A DNA stretch of 64,000 nt from Campylobacteraceae bacterium (GTDB lineage: Bacteria > Campylobacterota > Campylobacteria > Campylobacterales > BB28). Below, piece after piece: positions 9,235 through 18,515 of this stretch. Location of the stretch: contig JADGEE010000006.1 of assembly GCA_016744535.1 (NCBI GenBank), positions 78 through 64,077 of the forward strand, in the 5' to 3' direction. The notes beneath the pieces were generated by a model, which worked only from the letters and a program-made list of their open reading frames with translations, made no database searches and was not told the origin of the DNA. Made by a program: the position numbers and the translations under genes. Position 1 is the stretch's first letter; each line of letters begins with the position of its first letter.

Positions 9235-10060
9235 AAATATCTTTAGCTTTTAAAATATCTTTTTTTATCTCTTCTTTTAACTCTTTAATTGAGTTAAATT
9301 TTTGATTTTCCCTAATAAAATCTAAAAATGTAATTTCAACTTCACCCTCATTAAATTCAATATCCTCATCAATTAAATGTGTTTCAACTGCAAAAGAGTT
9401 ATCTGTTGTAACTCTATGACCCATAAAAGTTACAGAGTTATAGAGAGTTTTATCTATTAATGTTTTAGTGGCATATATTCCACTTTTTGGAATTAAAAAC
9501 TTTTCAATTTTTAAATTGATTGTAGGAACTAACTCTCTTTTACCAATTCCTTGACCATTAACTCTAAGACCTATAATTTTATAATTTCTATTTAAAAGTC
9601 TATTTGCTAATTTTATATCACCATTTGATAATATTTGTCTAATTGTTGAAGAGTGAATAGATATATTGTCAATTTTTACTTCACTTACAACTTCAACAAC
9701 TCCATTAAACATTCTCTTTAAATCATTTACATTATGATGTCTATTTTTTCCAAAACCAAAGTCATAACCAACTACAATTTTTTTTAAATTTATAAAATCA
9801 CTTTTTAATTTGTTTATAAATTTATCCCCACTTAAGCCCTTTATATCACTTAAATCATAAGAGAAACAAGCTTTATCTATAACACTACATCTGTACTCAT
9901 TTGGAGTTAAGTTTCCACGATTATGCTCAATAAATAATACAGCCCCATTTTCACTTAATTGTCCAATTAATCTCTGATGGGCTAAGTGCATTCCATCAAA
10001 ACTTCCAATTGCTAACTCTTCTATGTTCTCTTTTTTTAAAGAAGAAAAACTTTTTAACAT
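9200..10060 (-). CDS. ribF: bifunctional riboflavin kinase / FAD synthetase
   Basis: 286 aa. GSFDGMHLAHQ N-terminal nucleotidyltransferase motif and C-terminal riboflavin kinase region (GIYA, THLID). Confidence 0.85.
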   Translation of the reverse strand: MLKSFSSLKKENIEELAIGSFDGMHLAHQRLIGQLSENGAVLFIEHNRGNLTPNEYRCSVIDKACFSYDLSDIKGLSGDKFINKLKSDFINLKKIVVGYDFGFGKNRHHNVNDLKRMFNGVVEVVSEVKIDNISIHSSTIRQILSNGDIKLANRLLNRNYKIIGLRVNGQGIGKRELVPTINLKIEKFLIPKSGIYATKTLIDKTLYNSVTFMGHRVTTDNSFAVETHLIDEDIEFNEGEVEITFLDFIRENQKFNSIKELKEEIKKDILKAKDIFKISLNESSPL

Positions 10061-10074
10061 TCTATTTAATTACC

Positions 10075-11640
10075 TTAACTAGCGTAATCTATCGCTCTTA
10101 ATTCTCTTATTACATTGATTTTAATTTCACCAGGGTATTGAATGTTTGATTCAATCTCTTTAGCTATCTCTTTAGCAAGTAAAACTGATTCATCATCATT
10201 AACTAAATGAGCATGCACTAATACTCTAATCTCTCTTCCTGCATTTATTGCATAAACTTGTTTTATTCCAAATTTACTTGTAGCAATTGCTTCGATATCT
10301 TGAACCCTCTTTAAATAACTCTCTAATACTTCTCTTCTAGCCCCAGGTCTCGCAGCAGAGAGTGTATCTGCTGTACAAACAGCAGCTGATTCAATACTAT
10401 TTGCATCTTCGTGACCGTGGTGTGCATAAATTGCATTAATCACAACTGGATGCTCTTTATATCTTTTACAAACTTCAGCTCCTAAATCGATATGATTTCC
10501 AGAGTATTCGTGAGTTAATGATTTACCAATATCATGCAGTAATCCTGCTCTTTTTGCTAAAAGCTCATCCCCATCCATTTCAGCAGCAATAATCCCAGCT
10601 AAATGAGCAACTTCAAGTGAATGTCCTAGTGCATTTTGTCCATAACTTGCACGATATTTAAGTTTTCCAATAAGTTTTATAAGTTCTGGGTGAATACCAC
10701 TTAAACCTAAATCTAAAACAATATTTTCGCCATCTTCTAAGAGACTATCTTCAAATTCACTACTAACCTTCTCATAAATCTCTTCGATTCTAGCAGGTTG
10801 AATTCGTCCATCTTCAATTAAAAGCTCAATCGTTTTAGTAGCAATTGCTCTTCTGTATAAGTTAAAACTACTCAAAATTATCGCATTTGGAGTGTCATCA
10901 ATTATAATATCAACACCTAATAACATCTCAAGAGATTTGATATTTCTACCCTCTTTACCGATAATTCTACCCTTTAACTCATCATCATTTAAATGTACTA
11001 CATTTATAAGTCTTTCTGCTGCAAAATCACCTGCAAAACGAGTTGTAGCTTGTGCTAAAACATAATTTGCTTTTCTTTTGCCCTCAGCCTTTGCTTCATT
11101 TTCATATTTTCTGACAATATGTGAAATTTCAGCACGAGACTCTTCTGTCACTCTCTCTAATATTATCTCTCTAGCTTCATCTCTTGTAAGCCCAGCTGAA
11201 TTTTCTAAAATTTTTAGAGTTTTATCTAATTTATGCTTATACTCATTTTTAACATTTTTAGCTTCATTTACTAATTTATCAATTTTATTTTTCTCTTTTT
11301 TTAACTCTTTTCTCTCCATTGATAAATTATTAATTTCATCATCAACTCTCTTTTGTCTAATATCATCATTTCTCTGTAATTGCTCTAATTTATTATCATA
11401 ATCTCTTTGGATTTTAAATAACTCATTTTCATAGCGTTTTTTCACACCAATTTCAACATCTTTTGATTTAATAGTGGCTTCTTGAAGTTTCATTTTTGCT
11501 TCATCTTCAATAGCTTTTGCTTTTGCTTTTGCTTTTTCTAAATAAAAATCGATATTTTTATCATTGATTTTTTTCTGTATGAAGTATCCAGCAAAACCAC
11601 TAATAACAGCTATAATGCTTATCAATATAAACTCTATCAA
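10075..11640 (-). CDS. rny: ribonuclease Y
   Basis: 521 aa. N-terminal TM anchor, long coiled coil, KH domain (GRIIGKEGRNIK), HD domain (LLHDIGK, HHG). Confidence 0.95.
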   Translation of the reverse strand: MIEFILISIIAVISGFAGYFIQKKINDKNIDFYLEKAKAKAKAIEDEAKMKLQEATIKSKDVEIGVKKRYENELFKIQRDYDNKLEQLQRNDDIRQKRVDDEINNLSMERKELKKEKNKIDKLVNEAKNVKNEYKHKLDKTLKILENSAGLTRDEAREIILERVTEESRAEISHIVRKYENEAKAEGKRKANYVLAQATTRFAGDFAAERLINVVHLNDDELKGRIIGKEGRNIKSLEMLLGVDIIIDDTPNAIILSSFNLYRRAIATKTIELLIEDGRIQPARIEEIYEKVSSEFEDSLLEDGENIVLDLGLSGIHPELIKLIGKLKYRASYGQNALGHSLEVAHLAGIIAAEMDGDELLAKRAGLLHDIGKSLTHEYSGNHIDLGAEVCKRYKEHPVVINAIYAHHGHEDANSIESAAVCTADTLSAARPGARREVLESYLKRVQDIEAIATSKFGIKQVYAINAGREIRVLVHAHLVNDDESVLLAKEIAKEIESNIQYPGEIKINVIRELRAIDYAS

Positions 11641-12202
11641 CTCTCTTTCCTTTTACTCTTAAAATCTCTTTAGGGGTAACTAAATAATCGCAATCTATAT
11701 CATAATTATCACTAAGTTTTTCATTTGTGAAACATTTTTCTATTTGAACAAAAATTATTATAGGTTTATATTTTAAATTCGAGAAGAACCTATCATACAT
11801 TCCTTTACCAAAGCCAATGCGTTTATACTCTCTATCTACCCCAACGATAGGAACTATTGCTACATCAACTCTACTTAAATTAAAAAGGGAATTACTTGCT
11901 TCAAAAATATTAAATTTGCCTCTTTTTAGAGGTAGACGAAATTTTACCATTTTAAAACTAACACCTTGCATAAAAGGCACAAAAACACTTTTTTTAGCTC
12001 TTAAAGATTGAATTAATGGCATTACATTAACCTCTATATCTAAAGGAGTATATATAAGTATGCTGTTTTTATTAAGAGTATTTAGTAAATATTTTAATTT
12101 AATTAAAACTCTTTTATCTTTTGAAATTTTTTTAATTTTAGCACTTTTTTTCAATTTTGATAAACAAAATTTTCTAAAAGATTTTTTAGTTATTTTTTCC
12201 AT
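11600..12202 (-). CDS. 5-formyltetrahydrofolate cyclo-ligase family protein
   Basis: 200 aa. IVPIVGVD..RIGFGKGMYDR motif typical of MTHFS. Confidence 0.75.
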   Translation of the reverse strand: MEKITKKSFRKFCLSKLKKSAKIKKISKDKRVLIKLKYLLNTLNKNSILIYTPLDIEVNVMPLIQSLRAKKSVFVPFMQGVSFKMVKFRLPLKRGKFNIFEASNSLFNLSRVDVAIVPIVGVDREYKRIGFGKGMYDRFFSNLKYKPIIIFVQIEKCFTNEKLSDNYDIDCDYLVTPKEILRVKGKRVDRVYIDKHYSCY

Positions 12203-12273
12203 TTTTAAGCCTTATTTGAATATAATTTTAACTTAATAAAAAGTTACTTAAATAAAAAGAAAAGGATTGATAA

Positions 12274-12810
12274 ATGAGACTGATATTTCTTATATTTGTT
12301 ATTTTAATTTTTAGTGGATGTGAAAAAAAAGAGGATATAAATCAAAATATTGTTTCAACAACTACAAAAAGTTCTAACTTATCATTAAAAGATGTTTTTG
12401 GCAAAAATTATGAATTTGAAAAAAAAGGCAATGGTTTTAATTTTGGAAAACTTAGTGGAAAAGTTGTATTGCTTGATTTTTTTGCAACTTGGTGTCCACC
12501 TTGTAAAGCAGAGATTCCTCACTTAATCAATATTCAAAAAGAGTATGGAGATAAGTTTGAGATTGTTGGAGTTTTAATGGAAGAAGATAAACCAGTTAAT
12601 GAGATAAAAGAGTTTATTGATGAATATAAAATTAACTATATAGTGCTAAATTCTGGTGATATTTCAAAATTAGTTAAATCTGTTGGTGGAGTTCGTTCAA
12701 TTCCATTTATGATAATGTATGATGAAAAGGGGGAATATTTCACTCACTACATCGGTGCAGTTCCTGAAGAGATGATAGTATCTGATATTAAAAGGGCGAT
12801 TAAAGAATGA
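12274..12810 (+). CDS. TlpA/ResA-like thiol:disulfide oxidoreductase lipoprotein
   Basis: 178 aa. Lipobox IFSGC and thioredoxin motif WCPPC. Confidence 0.85.
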   Translation: MRLIFLIFVILIFSGCEKKEDINQNIVSTTTKSSNLSLKDVFGKNYEFEKKGNGFNFGKLSGKVVLLDFFATWCPPCKAEIPHLINIQKEYGDKFEIVGVLMEEDKPVNEIKEFIDEYKINYIVLNSGDISKLVKSVGGVRSIPFMIMYDEKGEYFTHYIGAVPEEMIVSDIKRAIKE

Positions 12811-13676
12811 TAGGATTTTTTAAAAAAGGTCTTAAAAAAACAATTGAAGCAATTAAGGAAGTTGTACCTACTAGACAAGAGAAGATAAGCAGAGATATTT
12901 TAGAGGAGATTTTACTTGAAGCTGATGTTGAATATGATTTAATTGAAGATATTTTAGAAAGACTTCCAAAAGATATAACGAGAGAAAAGCTTGAAATAGA
13001 ACTTTTAGAACTCTTTAGTGAAAGCGAAACAGAGTTAAATGACAAACCAATAGTTGAGTTAATTATCGGTGTAAATGGTGCTGGAAAAACTACAACTATT
13101 GCAAAATTAGCAAACAGTTATAAAAAAGATGGTAAAAAAGTTTTACTTGGTGCTGGAGATACTTTTAGGGCAGCAGCAATTGAACAACTCTCAAAGTGGG
13201 CAGATAAAATTGATGTTCCAATTATTTTTACAAAACAGGGTCACGACCCTTCAGCTGTAGTTTATGACACTATTCTTTCAGGAATTTCAAGAGGAAGTGA
13301 TAGAGTTTTAATCGATACAGCAGGAAGACTTCACAATCAAACAAATTTAGCAAATGAATTAAAAAAGATTGTAAGAGTAGCACAAAAAGCAAAACCAGAA
13401 GCCCCTCACAGAAAAATTTTAATTCTTGATGGAACACAAGGAAATTCAGCCATAAATCAAGCAAAAGTATTTAATGAGATGATAGGAATAGATGGAATAA
13501 TTATTACAAAGCTTGACGGAACTGCAAAAGGTGGAGCAGTTTTTTCAATTGCAAAGAGTCTTGGTATTCCTATTTTATATATCGGAGTTGGCGAAAAACA
13601 AGATGATTTAATTAAATTTAATAAAGATGAGTTTGTAAAATCTTTACTTGATGAGATATATGAAGAGAAAAAATAA
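12807..13676 (+). CDS. ftsY: signal recognition particle receptor FtsY
   Basis: 289 aa. [28 protein letters not shown]-GTPase motifs. Confidence 0.95.
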   Translation: MIGFFKKGLKKTIEAIKEVVPTRQEKISRDILEEILLEADVEYDLIEDILERLPKDITREKLEIELLELFSESETELNDKPIVELIIGVNGAGKTTTIAKLANSYKKDGKKVLLGAGDTFRAAAIEQLSKWADKIDVPIIFTKQGHDPSAVVYDTILSGISRGSDRVLIDTAGRLHNQTNLANELKKIVRVAQKAKPEAPHRKILILDGTQGNSAINQAKVFNEMIGIDGIIITKLDGTAKGGAVFSIAKSLGIPILYIGVGEKQDDLIKFNKDEFVKSLLDEIYEEKK

Positions 13677-13697
13677 TAAAGTGGAGTTTTAAATATA

Positions 13698-16600
13698 TTG
13701 ACAAAAGAGAATATAAATAAATTATTACAAAAATTAAATTTTAAAAAGAGTGAAAAAAATTTTATTTATACTAAAAAATATAATAATAAAATTTTAGAGA
13801 TAGATACTAAAAATGAAAATATAAAATATAGTGAATTTGGAATTAAAGTAGGTGATAAAACTACTTCAAACTTTTCAAGTGATGAAAATTTTGTTGTTTT
13901 AGAGTGTGTAGATAAGTTATTAACTAAAGGTTACCAATCAAATCATATTGAACTTGAACCTAGATGGAAATTAGGACATACAGGCAAAAGTGGCAAAGCT
14001 GATATTTTAGTAAGAGATATGGAAAATCGACCACTTTTAATAATCGAGTGCAAAACTTACGGTAAAGAGTTTGATTCTGAAATTAAACAGATGAGAGATG
14101 ATGGTGGACAACTATTTTCATATTTTGCACAAGAGAGGGCTACTAAATATTTATGTCTCTATGCTTCAAGATTAAATAAAAACAGTATAGAGTATCAAAA
14201 TAGAATTATAAAAACTTCAAAAGAGTATGAAGAGGCAAAAAACAGTATTGAACTTTTTAATATTTGGGCAAATCAATTTGCTCTATCTTTTAATGATAAT
14301 GGTATTTTTGATGATGATATTCAAGCTTATAATATTGAACTTCGTGCAAAAAAGAGAAAAGATTTAAAACCACTTCCAAAAGAGAATAAAATTTATAATC
14401 AATTTATGGAAATTTTACGACACCATAATATTTCAGATAAAGAGAAAGCTTTTAATAAAATTATATCCCTATTTTTATGTAAAATCGCAGATGAGACAAA
14501 AATGGAGAATGAAGAGTTAGCATTTCAATATAAAAATGGTATTGATGATGTTTATAGTATGCAAGATAAACTCTTAAATCTTTTTCACATAGGTATGAGA
14601 GACTATTTAAAACAGAATATTACTTATATTAAAGAGAGTGAGATAGAAGAGGATTTTAAACACTACACAATAAAAGTAGCATTACAAGAAGTATTAAAAA
14701 AGTTTAGAGAAATAAAATATCACTCAAATAATGAATTTACTTTTATAGATGTTCATAATCAAGAACTATTTTTTGAGAATGCAAAAGTCCTTAAAGAGGT
14801 AATTGAACTATTTCAAGATTATCAATTTAGTTACACTCATAAAGAGCAAATTTTAGGAAACTTTTTTGAAAATATGTTATCAAAAGGTTTTAAACAGAGT
14901 GAAGGACAATTTTTTACTCCTGTGCCTATTGCAAAATTTATAATAATGTCAATTCCCATAAAAGAGTTGATTTTAGAGAGACAAAAAAAGAGTGAAACTC
15001 ATATTTTACCTTATGTAATGGATTACGCTTGTGGTTCAGCCCATTTTTTAACAGAAATTATTGACGAGATTTCATATATATCAAAAGAGATAAATTTAGA
15101 AGAATATAAAAATGATACGACTTGGGTAAAAGAGCATATTTTTGGAATAGAGAAAGATTATAGACTTAGTCGTACTGCCAAAGTTGCTTGTTTTTTAAAT
15201 GGTGCAGGTGAGACAAATATTATTTATGGAGATGGTTTAAAAGATTATGATGGTATCCAAAAAAATAAATTTGATATAATTATTGCAAATCCTCCATATA
15301 GTGTAAAAGATTTTAAAAACTTTTCAAAACTTAAAAGTAATGATTATAGCTTGTTTGATAATCTTACAAATAGTTCAAGTGAAATTGAAGTTCTATTTAT
15401 TGAGCGAACAGCACAACTGCTTAAAGTTGGTGGATATGCTGGAATAATCCTTCCATCTTCTATTTTAAGTAATAGTGGAATTTATAGTAAAGCTAGGAGA
15501 TTATTAGTTGAAAATTTTTATATAAAATCTATTGTAGAGTTTGGAAGTAATACTTTTGGTGCAACCACAATAAGAACAGTAACTCTATTTTTACAAAAAA
15601 GAGATATTACAGAGAGTGCAAAACTTACATATCAAAATATTTCATTAGATAAAGAAAATGATAAATATAGTAATGATAATTATTTAGAATTATATTGTAA
15701 AAAGTTAGAGATAAATTATGAAGATTATCAAAATTTTTTAAATAGTAATTTAAATCAAAAGTTAAAAGAGAGTGAGTTTTATAAAGATTATCAAAAATGG
15801 TTTGATAATTTAACATCTATAAAAGAGATTAAAAAGAAAAAATATTTTAAAGAGTTAAGTGAAGTCAAAAAATTAAAAAAATTAAAAAAAGAGTTTTTTA
15901 TAAAAGTACTTGAAAATGAAAAGAAAAAATTTAAATATTTTTCATTATGTTTAAATCAAAAAACAACTATTATAAAAACTGGTGAAAAACAATCTGAAAA
16001 GGATTTCTTAGGTTATGAGTGGAGTAATAGAAAAGGTAGTGAGGGTATAAAAATTTATCAAGAGAGTCAATTATTTGATGAGATAGATAAAGATAGTTTA
16101 CAAAAAGCAAACACTTATATTAAAAAAGCTTTTTTAAAAGATGATATAGAGATTGACAATAGTTTAAAAGAGAATGTTTTTAATTATAATTTAATTGATA
16201 TGATTGATTTTAAAAAGATAGATTTTGAAGTTTCTATTAATTTAAATAAAAAGAAAAAAATTAATTTTAACAAAATTTGGAATACAAATAAACTAATATT
16301 ATTATATAAAATATCTGAAATAAAAAAAGGTTCATCAATAACAAAAAAAGATGTTATAGATGGAAATATACCAGTTATCGCAGGTGGTAAAAAGTTAGCA
16401 TATTATCATAATCAATCAAATAGAAAAGGTAATGTTATTACAGTAAGTGCTTCTGGGGCAAATGCAGGATATGTAAATTATTTTATAAATGAAATATTTG
16501 CTTCTGATTGTACTACTATTCAAGCAAAAAATGAATATTTAACAAAATATATTTTTATTTGCTTAGAAATTATACAAAATGAAATTTATAAATTACAACG

Positions 16601-16823
16601 AGGACAAGCACAACCTCATGTATATCCAAAAGATTTAGAAAATTTGCCAATTCCATTATTAAAAAAAACTATTCAACAACAAGTAGTTGATGAGATAGAA
16701 TATATTGATAAAAATGGTATTAATTTTTCAACATCTGATATTTTAAAATATCAAAAAGAATTAAAAAAAGAAAAAAGTAATATTTTATATAAATATTTAA
16801 AAGAGAAAAAAGAAAATAAATGA
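13698..16823 (+). CDS. fused restriction endonuclease-like / N6-adenine DNA methyltransferase / single TRD protein (type IIG-like R-M-S)
   Basis: 1041 aa with a TTG start and GGAG 11 nt upstream. HsdR-N/PD-(D/E)xK-like KADILVRD...LLIIECK (nt 14001-14054). MTase motif I VMDYACGSAHFL (15015-15050). Motif IV NPPY (15288-15299). C-terminal HsdS-type target recognition domain (approx 16299-16697). Confidence 0.8.
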   Translation: MTKENINKLLQKLNFKKSEKNFIYTKKYNNKILEIDTKNENIKYSEFGIKVGDKTTSNFSSDENFVVLECVDKLLTKGYQSNHIELEPRWKLGHTGKSGKADILVRDMENRPLLIIECKTYGKEFDSEIKQMRDDGGQLFSYFAQERATKYLCLYASRLNKNSIEYQNRIIKTSKEYEEAKNSIELFNIWANQFALSFNDNGIFDDDIQAYNIELRAKKRKDLKPLPKENKIYNQFMEILRHHNISDKEKAFNKIISLFLCKIADETKMENEELAFQYKNGIDDVYSMQDKLLNLFHIGMRDYLKQNITYIKESEIEEDFKHYTIKVALQEVLKKFREIKYHSNNEFTFIDVHNQELFFENAKVLKEVIELFQDYQFSYTHKEQILGNFFENMLSKGFKQSEGQFFTPVPIAKFIIMSIPIKELILERQKKSETHILPYVMDYACGSAHFLTEIIDEISYISKEINLEEYKNDTTWVKEHIFGIEKDYRLSRTAKVACFLNGAGETNIIYGDGLKDYDGIQKNKFDIIIANPPYSVKDFKNFSKLKSNDYSLFDNLTNSSSEIEVLFIERTAQLLKVGGYAGIILPSSILSNSGIYSKARRLLVENFYIKSIVEFGSNTFGATTIRTVTLFLQKRDITESAKLTYQNISLDKENDKYSNDNYLELYCKKLEINYEDYQNFLNSNLNQKLKESEFYKDYQKWFDNLTSIKEIKKKKYFKELSEVKKLKKLKKEFFIKVLENEKKKFKYFSLCLNQKTTIIKTGEKQSEKDFLGYEWSNRKGSEGIKIYQESQLFDEIDKDSLQKANTYIKKAFLKDDIEIDNSLKENVFNYNLIDMIDFKKIDFEVSINLNKKKKINFNKIWNTNKLILLYKISEIKKGSSITKKDVIDGNIPVIAGGKKLAYYHNQSNRKGNVITVSASGANAGYVNYFINEIFASDCTTIQAKNEYLTKYIFICLEIIQNEIYKLQRGQAQPHVYPKDLENLPIPLLKKTIQQQVVDEIEYIDKNGINFSTSDILKYQKELKKEKSNILYKYLKEKKENK

Positions 16824-16868
16824 ATTCAAACAATAAAAAATTAGTAAAGGTTTTATTAAAATATAATT

Positions 16869-18203
16869 ATGGCAAAAAACAAAATTAAAAAAACTTATGA
16901 GTGTCAATCTTGTGGATTTAATTCTCCTAAATGGCTTGGAAAATGTCCTAATTGTGGAAGTTGGGATAGCTTTTTAGAGTTAAACTTAAATGATAAAGTC
17001 CAAATTAAGACATCAAACTCTAAAAAAGCTAAACCAATTACAGAAGTAGAAGAAGATAACTTTGTTAAATTTTCAACTTTTAATGAAGAGTTTGATTTAG
17101 TCCTAGGTGGTGGAATAGTCCCTGGGAGTTTAACACTAATTGGTGGAAGCCCAGGGGTTGGAAAATCAACATTGCTACTAAAAATTGCAGGAAATTTAGC
17201 TCAAAACTCAAAGAGAGTTTTATATGTTAGCGGTGAGGAATCAATTGGTCAAATTAAAATTCGTGCTAATAGACTTGAAGCGATTAGTGAAAAGCTATTT
17301 TTACTCTCTGAAATTAATTTAGAAAATGTAATAAGTGAGTTTAAATCTGATAAATTTGAAATTTTAATTATTGATTCTATTCAAACTCTCTACTCTGATA
17401 AAATTACTTCAGCTCCAGGAAGTGTCTCACAAGTTAGAGAGATTACTTTTGATTTAATGAGATTAGCCAAAGATAATAGTGTAGCTGTTTTTATTATTGG
17501 TCATATCACAAAAGAGGGTTCAATCGCAGGACCTAGAGTATTAGAGCATATGGTCGATACTGTTTTATATTTTGAGGGTGATAGCTCACGAGAACTTAGA
17601 ATGCTTAGAGGATTTAAAAATAGATTTGGCTCAACTAGTGAGATTGGAATATTTGAGATGACAAAAGATGGATTAGTTAGTGCAAAAGATATTTCAAGTA
17701 AATTCTTTAGCAAAACTAATCCTCAAGCTGGTTCTGCCCTAAGTGTTATTATGGAGGGAACTCGTGCTATTGTGATAGAAGTTCAAGCATTGGTGGCTGA
17801 TAGTGCTTATGGAAATCCTAAAAGAAGTACAACAGGATATGACTCAAATAGATTAAATATGCTTTTAGCCTTGCTTGAGAAAAAGTTAGATTTACCGTTT
17901 AATCAATATGATGTCTTTATAAATATCGCAGGTGGTATAAAAATAATCGAAACAGCTGCCGATTTAGCAGTAATTGCTGCTATACTTTCAAGCTTTAGAA
18001 ATAAAACTTTAAGTAGAGATATTGTATTTATTGGAGAAGTTAGTTTAATTGGCGATATTAGAGATGTATATAATATTGATTTAAGACTTAGAGAAGCTAA
18101 AAATTTAGGTTTTACTAAAGCGATAGTAGCAAAAAAACCAAAAGAGATTGATTTAAAATTTTATGAAGTTGATGAAGTTTCTAAAATTATAGATTGGATG
18201 TAA
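16869..18203 (+). CDS. radA: DNA repair protein RadA
   Basis: 444 aa. N-terminal zinc ribbon CQSCG...CPNCG, Walker A GGSPGVGKST, KNRFG motif, Lon-like C-terminal domain. Confidence 0.95.
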   Translation: MAKNKIKKTYECQSCGFNSPKWLGKCPNCGSWDSFLELNLNDKVQIKTSNSKKAKPITEVEEDNFVKFSTFNEEFDLVLGGGIVPGSLTLIGGSPGVGKSTLLLKIAGNLAQNSKRVLYVSGEESIGQIKIRANRLEAISEKLFLLSEINLENVISEFKSDKFEILIIDSIQTLYSDKITSAPGSVSQVREITFDLMRLAKDNSVAVFIIGHITKEGSIAGPRVLEHMVDTVLYFEGDSSRELRMLRGFKNRFGSTSEIGIFEMTKDGLVSAKDISSKFFSKTNPQAGSALSVIMEGTRAIVIEVQALVADSAYGNPKRSTTGYDSNRLNMLLALLEKKLDLPFNQYDVFINIAGGIKIIETAADLAVIAAILSSFRNKTLSRDIVFIGEVSLIGDIRDVYNIDLRLREAKNLGFTKAIVAKKPKEIDLKFYEVDEVSKIIDWM

Positions 18204-18237
18204 TTTCAGTATAAAAAATAAAAAACAAAGGAAAAAA

Positions 18238-18510
18238 ATGAGTACTTGCATTAAAGCTTACCACAGACAAGAAGAGAGATATTGTGGATTAAATTTAGAG
18301 TTTACAAACTCTAGTGACAAAGAGGAAATTTTAAAAAATATAAATGAGTTAAAGAGTGAATTAAGTTTAAGCCCTGATGTATTTGATAATAATAAGCCTG
18401 ATGGAAGTGGTGGAGTATATATTGAATTTTTAGATGATTATGATAAAGAATCTGGTATATTTTTTGAAGCAATAATAAAGAGACTTGGTATAAAAGAGTG
18501 TGAAGTTTAG
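18238..18510 (+). CDS. hypothetical small protein
   Basis: 90-aa ORF with a GGA-rich RBS region upstream. No motif recognised. Confidence 0.5.
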   Translation: MSTCIKAYHRQEERYCGLNLEFTNSSDKEEILKNINELKSELSLSPDVFDNNKPDGSGGVYIEFLDDYDKESGIFFEAIIKRLGIKECEV

Positions 18511-18515
18511 ATATT

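Noticed and set aside
13677-16868. Search for target-site duplications, inverted repeats or mobility genes flanking the R-M gene.
   Set aside because: Only a loose resemblance exists between the two ribosome-binding regions (aaagtggagtttta / aaaggtttta). There is no convincing repeat, integrase or transposase, so no mobile-element call is made.
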